In this document: positions 50,606 through 62,887 of the stretch, piece after piece
Layout of the letters: each line of letters opens with the position of its first letter
How positions within the stretch are numbered: position 1 is the stretch's first letter
NCBI RefSeq assembly: GCF_000497125.1
Contig: NC_090601.1
Location: 806,001-870,000, forward strand
Source: Spironucleus salmonicida
Lineage: Eukaryota
Length of the DNA stretch: 64,000 nucleotides
Direction: 5' to 3'
The notes under the pieces: model-generated
Told to the model about the DNA's origin: nothing
Database searches by the model: none
The model's input: only the letters and a program-made list of their open reading frames with translations
Position numbers and translations under genes: made by a program

Positions 50606-53186
50606 TCAATACGTAAAAGAAATTATAAATATTTATATTATTATGTAATTATATATAATCTTTAATAAAATATGTTAAATTATTATTCTAGGTATCAATT
50701 AAATGTTAATATATAATCATTGCTATAATTTCTGATACCAACATGAATATAAAGTTAATGTAATTTTTTATTATTAATATTTTAAGCAATTATCTTTTCC
50801 TTTTTTCTTTTCATTCTAAAATTCGATATTAAATGAAGTTTAAAGTATCTGAATTGAATTTTAATCTAAATTCATATTATAATATTATAAAGAATCAAGT
50901 ATAAAGCACACTATTTTTATAATTATTATAATACTTGAAAATCTAATTTAATATCTTAAGTTCCTTATAGTTGTTGATTATTGCACTCAGTAATATTTTA
51001 ATAAAACCACTTCAGCTAATGATCATCATTTGCATTGTCAAGTTGCATTATAATTAGCCAATATTTCTCTTAACATTATGTATCAAATAGTATTAATACA
51101 ATAGTATGTTATTCAACGTGTCTATTTTTGCGTACGATTCTTACCTTGTCAATTATTTTAAGTTTACTATATGAAAAGCATAAGAATGGATCAATTTTTT
51201 GTTTAAACAGTGAAGCTTGTAAATAATCAACAATATAATTAGTTGATTGATCAACTAATGATAAGTTTCTGCTTATTTTGGATTTTTATCAACAGCCATC
51301 TTTATACAATAAGTTTAATGAGATAATTAGTAATCTATTTACAGTAAGTTACTACTTATGAAATATGTTTTTAAAAGCAGAAAATTTTACTTTTTAAATA
51401 ATTAAAAATCAACTTATTTTACAATAATATGTAGTAAATTAATATATATAATAATGACCAAATACAATTGAGATAAACTAAATTCAATATTTAGAACAAT
51501 TTTATTCACGTATTTAAACTAAAAATTAATCAAGATATATCCCATATAATATCAAATATAAATAGTATAATGTCAAAGAACTAGCAATCGTAGACATTTA
51601 AATTAATTTTTTATAAAATGATTATTATTTTTATTAAAATATTACGTAAAATTATTACGGCTTTTATAGGTTAATTACAGAACTTAAATTCATAGTTTAT
51701 ATAATATAAAATGTTTTAAAACCAACTACACTTTCTGATTATCAATAATATATCAAACTCTTATAAATATAGGTAATGTAGTTGTTTTCAAATCTGTAAA
51801 TTTTTATTATAAGCATTAATAATTTAAAGAATAATTTTTAATACAAATCTCATAATATTACTATACACTAATCAATTGTCAGCTTTTAAATTAGGTAAAA
51901 ATAAGTCATATAAGCACAATGTACAATATCATTTTACAGGTGTATCAAATTAACCTCAAGGAATACCAGCTAAAGCTCCTATAAAATAAAGAAAGTAAGA
52001 AGTAGATCTGTAGTAGTCTTTAAATATAAATAATACTAATTCATTTATTCTTCATAAAAGGACTAATAACTTAGCGAGAGAGATTTCTCTTTCATCTCCG
52101 GAATTAACACAATTGAAAAAGTAAAATCAGTATTTGTTAGAAATAGATAATTTAATAGATCCAGACTGTCCATATTTTTTTCTGCAGATTTAATTCTTCG
52201 TAAAAGTATGAATGTATTAAAAGATCAAGGCTAAATATATTAAATATCTCCATATAAATAAAATCATATATTTTAATAAAAATCATACAAGATTCCATTA
52301 TTAGTATAAGATAAAGTACTCACTTTAATGATTATTTATCAATAATCATTCTACCCTGAAAAAATATATCGCCATAGTAAGTTTAGAATTAAAATATTCC
52401 TAATAAATGAAATAGTTCTAAATTTGTATAATCTAATATACATATTATCTCCAATTATTTCTATTTACATGCATTTGCGCAAGCGACTTTTCGCTATCTA
52501 TAATCTATAAAATAACTAATTTTAAGCATATCAATTATTTTACTAACTTACTATTTATTAATTATATAATAATTGTATATTATAACTGATGAGTTATTTT
52601 AAGACAGAGAACTATTTAATTATGTTAGTATAATATTATATATGTGAATTTAATAAATAATAAATGTCTAATTTAATATAAAGTATTTTAGTAAATTCTA
52701 TATAAGCCATTGATCTGGTTAAAATAGTTATCATAAAGTCAACAGGACCAATAATCAGTGAAATATATTTCTATAATTGCTTTATAGTAGAAGATTAATA
52801 ATTATTATAATTTGGTTTATTTTAGTATATAGTTAATGCTATTTTTGGATTTAATATTAAATAATAATATTGACCGAATTGTATGTAAATTAATATCATT
52901 CTGCTTATTATACTTTTCGATTCTGATATCGTGACAATAAAATAATGCTAAGTTAGGATAAAATCAGTATGCTAGAAGTGCACTTTATATCGTTTTAAAT
53001 GAATCTTCTACTTGTCAGGTACTATGAAAATTTAGAATATAATTTTTATATAGAAAATAAACTTTATTGTATATTAAACTTTTTGTTTTCTATGATTAAT
53101 ATAAATTTTTCCAAATTAATTTATGGTAATTAAAAACGTATACAGTTGTTAATTAAAATATAAATAAACCCTCTATAACTAAATTT

Positions 53187-56100
53187 AAATAATAAATGAA
53201 CAAGCCTTTAAGCTAGTTTTTCCTATTTAGGGCGAAGTCGCTGACAGTAATCGTGGTAGCATAACTCATTCTGCCACTTCTCATGGCGATAGGCCTTTCG
53301 GGCATGATATTTCTCATCTCTAACAGTCTGTTTACTTCCAACTCAGTAAACATCGACATACCGACCTTGCCGAAACTTCCATAAAACGAAAATTTCGTTT
53401 ATCTGTCAGCCTCTCCGAACACTGAGCTAACAAGAGATTTGCTGGACTTCGTTCTAGCGAAAAATGGCATTAAGGGCCACCGAACGAGATTCTTCGAGTC
53501 TCCAGAGGAGGCAAATAGCTACTTCGCCAAGAAGAACCTTTTTACTAACCAAAGTTTTGATGTAGAATTTGCTAGGTAGGTATTCTGCGATGATGTATTG
53601 CAGGTAGCGGATACATGCAATTCCACATTTTTAGATACTTTCTAGGACGATCTACATAATAGGTATCCATAATATTCAGGTCCGCTCCTGAATGACGAAA
53701 TATTCATTCATATTAACATTCTACAGTCAGAGGAAATGATTTAGAACATGCCGCTCAACCTTACGGTCGAGGTGGTTGTGAACAATTCGTTTTTAGAAAA
53801 ATTACTGGTAGAATAGCCTGATCCATTGTTTTAGTAATTCACATTTGGTTGGAAGAAAGCATTTTGGACAGGTTACGGAATAGCTCTTTAGACGTAAATC
53901 GATTAGTATTTAGTAGATTATTTCGCAAAAGTAGACTATCATATTAGTTATAACTTTCTAGAGCCATTGAGACATCGCGTTGATGATGTGATGAATATCA
54001 ACCTTCTTTTTAGCATCGCTAACTCGCTTTCGCTTACTGTTATCATTCTTATGGCAGCTTTCATCGCAACGCAGAACAGAGATAATATCCACGTGGTTCT
54101 TAAGCGGTTAGGAGTGCTACATCATTCTTTCTATACTACTGCTATAGTTTTCACTTTTGTCCCAACCTTGGTATCCACTGAAACCTTCTTCGTCTTTGGC
54201 CACTATGTCGGTATATTGCCTTTCTCCGGTATTACTGTTGGTTTCTGCATGGTGGCGGCTCTGGCATCTGCTTTAATTATCTCGGTTGGTGTAAATTTTA
54301 TATCCGTGATTTTTGGCAGCTAGCGCACGCGTGTAATTATTTTTGTGTGTATAATGTGCCTTGCGATGATCTTACTGCCCATAATTTTCCACTAGGCTTT
54401 ATTTTTCTCAACAACATTCTTCGATCCGTCCATGCTTCCTTAGGCTATTACCTGGACAGTTACCTTTCTAGTTCCGATTTTTGGAGTAGTCATGGTGTAT
54501 GACTCCATGTATTTTGCGCTAAGCAAGGATATAAAGAGCTAGTATGTGAGTAGCTACATCTGGAAACCCTAATAAACGCTTGTTTCATTGAACTTCCTTA
54601 CGACATAAGGTACCAAGTAATTCTTATGCATTCTCCAGAACATAGACGCTGGACATATATGCAAATATCAGCACGTGACCTACTGGCATCTCTACCTAGT
54701 GCTGGGATTCTCTGCTGCTTTCTTTTTCCTTTTCATTATCTACCTCGCCCATGTAATTCCTGAAAAGGGTTTCTATGGTCTGCATCCACTTTTCTTCTTG
54801 AAAAAGGACCTATGGTAATGGCGGAGGCTGGTGCCAGATTCTAACCATGTTAATCTGTAGAACATTTCTGTTACATATAAAGGAAAATGGAAAGTCTGGC
54901 GCCGTAGTAAAATAGTTGGCCTTGCTAACTGTAGTTTTTCGCTGCTAGAGGGATCCTCGGCAGTCATTGGCGAAACTTCCGCAGGAAAGTCAACCCTACT
55001 TGGGGCGATCGCCGGTGATGTTCAGTTGGACAGGTAGGCTTCTTGCAGCTCAACTGTTTTTGGAACATTCGACCTCACAAACTCGATTCATGCTTACTTG
55101 GTAAAGCCCTTTACCGGCTACTGCCCCTAAGACTTTAGCAACGTCTTCCTGGATATGTCGGTGTTGAATAATGTAGCGTTTTCCTTCAGCCTCAGACAAT
55201 ACCGGACTGGTGCTAAGATATCAATCGCCGAGTAGAGCGCTATCATCCAGGACCTTCTCGCGACTATAGGGCTAGATTCGCCGTCCGTTCAACGAAGAAC
55301 CGCCAAGAGGCTCAGTGGCGGTATGCTGAGAAGACTCGCCTGCTGTAACGCCATCGTTGGCTCAAACAACCTCGTCATGTTCGACGAAATTTCGGCTGGG
55401 GTGGACCCAATATTGAAACGAAAGATCTGGGAGATTGTTCGCAAGATCGAATGCTCGGTAGTTTTGACTACACACGACATGACGGAGGTTGAGGAGATTG
55501 CGTAGAAAATCAACTTCATAGACCGCGGGGCGATATTCTAGCATAACCAAACGCTACCCCAGGTGCGGTAAATGTTTTAGGGCTACTCACTTACCTTCAA
55601 CTTCGAGTCCGAGAACTTCACTGAAGAAAAACTACGCGAGCTCTTTCCGTATGAATTTACTGTTATAGGTATTCGTCGACATTCTGTACAACTTGAGTTT
55701 AACGAAATATCCCAGTAGGTGCTTTTAGAGCTCCACTTATTATTAGAAACCCTAGAGCATGATAAAATAGTGTCTACTTATACCCTATAGAAATTTAAAC
55801 TTTAAGATACTTATGTGAAGCTGTAAATGGAACTGTAAAAATAGGAGACTATAAAGTATCGAAAAACTTCGCGTGGTTACATAAATAATAAATTTATGGC
55901 TTTGGTATAGAACATGTTTAGACTTGAATTTTTCTCTGGCCAAATATCATTTATATACCCCTTAATGGTTCTTATGGTTTTTGTAACATTATTCTTGGGA
56001 GTAGCATATATTATACTAGCATAAACAGCAGGTAATTCGAAAGAAAGAAGTATTGATATTTAGTATCAAAACTAAAAATAAAAATTCTTTGAAAAATGTA

Positions 56101-59100
56101 GTAAATAATGTTAAAATTTTTATAGAGACTAGGAAAATTATATAGAAAATTTATTAAACATCTGCCTATAATAACGCCCCAAAGAATTATTTACCTTTAA
56201 TATACTCGAAGGCCCATATTGTATTTACTATGTGACATTTTTAGGACTTGACTATTATTCTCGATCTACTACTTCATTGGGTGACTATAGATAATCTCAT
56301 GAGAATATGTTATTTAACTATTTAGTAGTTGATCCTCTGAAGCGTAATGATTTGCTTCCATAAATTTCACAGTAAACATAAAATAAAGTTTTAGATCAAT
56401 CTTTCTAATTAGAAGATTTTGACTATGATAAGTTGTACGAAAATAGTAAAGTCGTAAACCCGTTAAAATATCCTGATTTAGCTCCTCTTTAATAGCTGGT
56501 TATAGGCAATCATTATATTAGAACTGAGACCGGATGCTATAATTTAGAATATTGTAAGTAAGCTTGTATTAACAGAGATAATTAATTTTTAAAATGTGGG
56601 GAATAACCTAAATAGATTTACTGTACTTAATAATGTATTCAAGAGTTTAAATGTGATTATTAATCAAAATTTGTTATAAGAAATTAAAATATCAAAGTAT
56701 TTAATACTTCCGCTTAAGCAATTTATCATTATAATATGATAGGTAAAAATTCTCATATAAAGTTTAATGGAAATAATACACTACCTACTAGAGATATAAT
56801 AAACTAGTTAAACAATAATCTTTACTCATCTGGTATAGTAGAATTCAATAAATAAAATAGTAAGTATGTTAATATTTAAATCTCATTACTATTGCCATTA
56901 AACATATTTTGGTATGGTGCAAATGCATTAGAAGTTTAACTGGCAGACAAGTTATAGTATAAATGTGATGGATTATATATTAACGAGACATATGTAGTAT
57001 ATATAGGAGTCAGAGGGATAGAAAGATACATATGGATAGATGATACTACTGTGAGACTGCCATGTAATCCTCCAGTTGTATTTTATGATATAGGAAATAA
57101 TATGTTAACTCAACAAACCTCCGCATTATTTAGAAAGTATCTTTTTGCCAATTCAATCGATTATTCTCCTTGGAACTTCACTTATTCTATATAGTAGAGC
57201 GAGATGCCAGGTTTTTCGAATGTAAGCATTTAGCCGAATATGGAGATAAATAATTCTAATGAGATTACTAATTTAATAACAATAGTAGTTTTACTGATAG
57301 GAGGCTTTTTGCCTCTATTTTTTACAGGCCAGCTTGCGGGTATGGATTGTGATAATGCAGTCAACAAACTCTTCCACTTCCACAATGTGAAGATGACGCT
57401 ATTGTTTCTTGCCCATTCGACATTTTACACCATTGTTGCTTTGATAATGGCATTGGCTACGCTTCTGATTATTGCGATCATATGCTATCCTATTTTAGCA
57501 AATCTACCCAATCCGGGATTTGTAGTAGGCCTGTATATTATGCAGGCTCTAGCGTGTGTCCCAACTGGTATTTTGATGGGAAAGATTCTGAACTCCGGGA
57601 AGTATGCGGCTGTGGTATCGTTATTAATTACTATCTTTGCGGTCGTATTCTAGATAATGACAATAGTATCGGATTCATTTGCCCAGATAATCTCTATTAT
57701 GATACCGGCATATGGTTTCTGCTACATTATATCCTTGGTAATACATCATCAAGTGGTGTAATAGAAATTATATGTAACGATTTTTATCTCATACTTTTTG
57801 TAGTTCTTTGTATTTTTCCTTGTCGCATAGAAAAACAGAATTATGTTCATCATAAAAGTGATCCTAAAATTTAAAAAGACTAGGTCTGAGGTTGCTCTTC
57901 TAGATACGCATGTGATCGAGTATTATGGCGACGCTAACTTCTTCGACGTATAAAATGTTACGCATTAGTATGAAAGATCCTAATTTGCGCTTAAGGATGT
58001 GTCCTTTTCAGTGAAAGAGAACTGTGTGTTTGGGCTTCTGGGTTCGAACGGGTCGGGGAAGAGCACCCTTATGCACTCCTTCGCGGGAATCATATAGATT
58101 GATCAAGGTGCAGCGGTAATTGGTCCATATGACCTTTATAAAACATACCACAAGTACAAGAGCTTCACCATGGTGCCGCAGCACGATATATTTTATGAAA
58201 GTCTCACCATTTCCTAAATTGTGCAGCTATTCTCCATTTTCAACGAAACCAGCCAAGTGGATCAAATTTTGGAGCTACTGGACCTGAGCGCTATCAGGAA
58301 TGCTCTGATTTCCTCGCTTTCTGGAGGAATTCGTCGAAAGCTATCTCTCGCAATCGCTCTGACCAGCAAGGCAAATATAATCGCATTGGACGAGCCCTCG
58401 ACAGGTTTGGGTGCGCTTACTAAATAGGTAATTCAGGTTGCCACCTAGAAGCTGATTCATCTAGGTAAAACCGTTATCATCACTACGCATGACCTGAGCG
58501 AGGTGGCTTAACTGGTCGACGATGTTGTTTTGCTGAAAGACGGTCGCATTAACTACTGCGGCAGTGTGGACAACATGCGGGAGAAAAATTGCTTCCAGGT
58601 GCAAATTTCTGTGAAGCGTGATGAATTTAGGCTCAAATTTGCGTAATACACTAGAGGCGATAGGGACGATTACTTCGTCCTATTTGGGCTGAAGATGAGC
58701 CGGGTGGTCTAGTGGGCGATTGACAACGAAGTAGGATCGGAAAGCTATGATGTATGCGAGATAGACTTGGAGGAGGACTTCATGCGCTTGATCTGGGAGT
58801 GAAAAATGTTTTAGTGGAGTTGGTGGCATGGGAAGCTACATACGCCACACTAATTACCTTCGGTTATCAAAAGTATAAATTTATCGATAACACTGAATTT
58901 TAGAGGACTTCCGGTACCAGAGAGTGAAAATTTGGCATCAATATGATTATACATTATAATCGTGCATCAATATCCTAGTAAATTCTATGTTATTCAATTT
59001 CGTAATTAGCTTCGAAATTCTTACCAAATTCATGCTTTATAACTGGAAATTCTTAATCTAACACTATTCAGTTAACCAGTCGTTATATAAATATCTATCA

Positions 59101-59247
59101 TTAATTGATCCCTGAAATATTAGCATAATAGCGACAAGGTAATTCCTTTAATCTTAGTTAATGACATCAATACACAATTAAGCTGCAAATTTTGTACTAG
59201 TACTTGCGTTAACCCATTATTACTAAAATTACACATTTTTACTAACT
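53187..59247. repeat. Inverted duplication of ~7445-13505 (ABCA gene plus ~450 bp downstream)
   Basis: Paired positions sum to 66692; similarity starts ~10 bp upstream of the ATG and ends ~450 bp past the stop. Confidence 0.93.
53196..58802 (+). CDS. Full-length ABCA-subfamily ABC transporter, 1868 aa (inverted paralog of 7890-13496)
   Basis: Same length and motifs as 7890-13496; ends GAG-TGA. Confidence 0.92.
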
Positions 59248-62200
59248 GAATATTTATATATTATAAATAATTATATTCGCAAAAATGTCTCCTGAAATAT
59301 TTATAGTTAAGTACGCTTGCTAGCAATTTGCTTTAGTATCTACCTCCTACATAACATTTTAAACTAATATTTGAATCTACAAGCAATAAAAACAAAACTG
59401 TGTATTGCTACCTTGAACATCACATCTGCAGCCTGTAATATTTTGACATTTCATCAAATTAAGACTATAAGACCTTCTATGCAACCAATATCCACATACC
59501 CGCTAAATTATCCCACATTTCTGCAATATTCCCTTTCTCAAAATCGCGCATTTCCGAAAAACTACGCGCTCAACTTTGCCCGCGTTACCGTTCAATAATC
59601 CGGTATTGTCAAAATGGAATTATATTCCATTTCCATCTATCCCAGATGCGGCATGCGAGACACCTACTCCCACGCTGCATTCTATGTAAAATACCGCATT
59701 TTGGCTGAAACTGCCCAATTTTGACCGCAAAACACGCTCTCAGCAAGCACCGAATTCGCATTTTCCAGAACGGCTTTTCTGCTGGAAACTGCAAAATTCT
59801 ACCGGAATTTACCGGACTAATTCCGGGAAACTTGGTCCTTTATATCATTTTCCCCTCCACAGAAATCGCATGAAATCGTATTTTTGCGATAGCGGGCGGT
59901 GCCATTCGAATTATGTTTTGGCTCTAGCAGTATCTGCGGAGGCCGGCAGGAATCGGGATTTTGGTGCGAAACGGCGTAAAATTTCATGCGAATTGAACCT
60001 CCGCGAACGCTGCATTTTGTATATATTGCTAAAAAATTTCTGATATAACAGATGATGTAGTCTCATTTAAAGCTCGAAATGGCTGTGTTGGCGCCCATTA
60101 ATGACTATTTACGGTTGAAAATGCGATTAAAAGGGTTCTTTGCTTGGTTTATAGACGAGTATCTTCGTTCTGTATTGCAATTTGGCTTTGCTGCCAGCGA
60201 ATAAAAATGTGTGGGATAAACATGTCATTAATTTAGCTATTTGACGTTCTGAACGAAGCTCAGGCAACTGGCATTTAGCAGCTCGCATCCGGAGAAGTCT
60301 ATAAATTCCTAGCATATTCGTGGCTCGAACACTCAGCGGACTCTACCGTGTAGTCCTAACCTTTAGTGGTATCTGCACGTATTGTTTTTATGTAGTCCAG
60401 GTTGTTTTTAAAATCGCTAATGTCATGTTCCATTTTGTAGATACCTAGGAAATACTTGATTTGCTGGTAATGGTTTCAATGTAAACTATTTGTAAAAGGA
60501 AAAAATATTTCTATTATTTATGCGTAATATGAGCATATCGATAGAAATTATTTTGCTGCTATTTTTCTGCATCAAAGCGGAAATATATTATATATATTAC
60601 GCTAAGTTTTCTTCACTAGGGGTAATTTATCGGTAAGCCTGGGAGGAAAATCATGGTAAATGTATAAATATATGTACTTTTATGAAAAAATTGTTTAATT
60701 TAGGATTTGCAAGCTTAAGAGTTTAGTGTAATAAATATAGTTATGTGTTATTCAACAACAAACTATAATAAGAGATTCTTTCAATTATCATGATTTTGAT
60801 AGTTTATATAAAAAGTAATAAATCTGCAATATGTAAATTCCCTGTTAAAAAATACTACTTCATAATAAAATCACCTATTTAGTTAATTTAAGCAAAGGAG
60901 TATCGCAATTTTTAGAATGTATTCATAAAATAATGTACCGCCATTGAATATCATTAATGAGAAAATTATTATAGCAAGCATGGCATTTTTTAATCTTTAA
61001 TACTTGTTACTATAACTTACTTAATTAAAGTACTTTAATAATTATTCGTATATAAATAACCACATATTAGCGAATATCATATTATAGATTACTCTAAAAG
61101 TTTCGTAAATTGTATAATTTGATAGATCTAATTATTTTGTACATAAGCTCATATAACTTTAATTAGTTTTAATCAATAATTTCTTATAAAATTTAAATCT
61201 AAACTACATTTATTCTATTATAAGACTAATTTTATTCAATTTAATTATATTTTTGCAGGCAGTATGAGTAAAATTATAATATATTTTAAATAAACTGTTC
61301 TAGATTATTTATCAAAAAAAAGATAATGTTATCTAAAAGACTAATGTCTGCAAAGAACTACTTGTCCCTTAAAGATAAATTCAGCGTCAACGAACATATG
61401 AGCGTATCAACTAAACTATTATCTGTAAGCCAAACTATGTGGAATTTACGTTAATGTAATACAATTTTTCTTGTTTTAACAAACTCTAAGGGCTTCTTAA
61501 ATTAATTAATTTCTTATCTTATTATGAAGAACTTAACAAATATACGGATCAAAGTAGTATAACATTAGACACATATACCTAGGAAAAACAAATGTCAATA
61601 TAATTAATATAAAGACTATATTAATAAACTATTTGTTACTTTTTGGTTAGAATAAAAACTTCAAACTATATATTTATTATGCAAAAATTTTATAGAATTG
61701 CGACTGTTTTTTTCTGTATACAAATTAAAGTTAGCTTATTAAAATAGAAAGCTTATATTTTATAAGATTTATTATATTTAACCATTGTTTTTCCTACAGA
61801 TACAAAAAAATTATCAATAATATTCTAATATGATTTTATATTAATCATAATTATTAAATTTCATTCTAAATATTAAGTCAATACTGAATTTTTTTGTTAT
61901 AACTTAATAATAATTTTTTATTAGTTAATGGTAAATAAATTTTAATACTACCTATTAAAAACACTTAATAAAATTTATTATAATTAAAATATCACCAGTA
62001 TTCTTTTAATAATAAAATTCTGCAAAAAAATGTTATGTTACTGTTAATCACATTAGTATTAGTTGAAATACTATATGTAGACCAATGTTACTATTAGCTC
62101 GTGGTTGATTGATTATATGATATTACATGTTTATTTATGTGGATAGACAATCCGATAACTATTTTACATTGAACTATGCAATAGTAAAATTAATGGCACA

Positions 62201-62499
62201 GTCTTATAAAATAATTCTGTTTTTCAGATATTAATAAGTATTCTGAAAAAGATACTTAAAACTTTGTTCGAAAATAAAGATAGTATATTATTATTTTTAT
62301 TATCAATAAATAATAACTTATTGTCTTATAAAATATGAGTTAAGTTGAGTAATATTATATAACTGTAAATATTTGAAATATAATATAGTGGCTATACTTA
62401 ATGTATATAGTAAAATGAACTACGTGTTTACTTAAAATTATACTGGGATCTAAACACTGCGCGAAAAGTAAATATATTCCATCTAGATAACTTTAAGCA

Positions 62500-62709
62500 T
62501 CATATATCACTGGTTTCTAAAAAATTCATGCTAAACTCTAAAATAGACGATTATACATTAGGTTGGGAGAATGTATTAGATTTTGTAACAGGTTTCCTTT
62601 TCTAGAGCTGAGATGCTGAGAAATTTGTAACAATATGTCTTCTCTATGAAGTTGAAGTCTTGGGATTATCTGATTAGGTCTTCTAAGCTCTTGAAGCTTC
62701 TGTTCCCAT
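62500..62709 (-). CDS. Small putative N-myristoylated protein, 69 aa (MGTEASR...ILEFSMNFLETSDI)
   Basis: Code-6 ORF with MGxxxS start, GC above flanks, C-terminal MNFLET similar to VSMLET. Confidence 0.55.
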
Positions 62710-62887
62710 TTTATAAAACCAGAAAAACTTAATTACCAATGAATATTAAATATTAAATAAATAATATTTGATACTTATTTAAAAATGGCAAGACTAAAAT
62801 CGATTCTATATATATAATTAAATAGATAGGTAGTTATAATACTAGTAATAATTATAATTCAATACAAGGTAATTGTAATATCCTTAT

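Noticed and set aside
50606-52400. Possible long minus-strand gene upstream of the TM remnant
   Set aside because: The TM frame is closed at 50606 and the upstream stretches read gave no identifiable product; not all frames were traced fully
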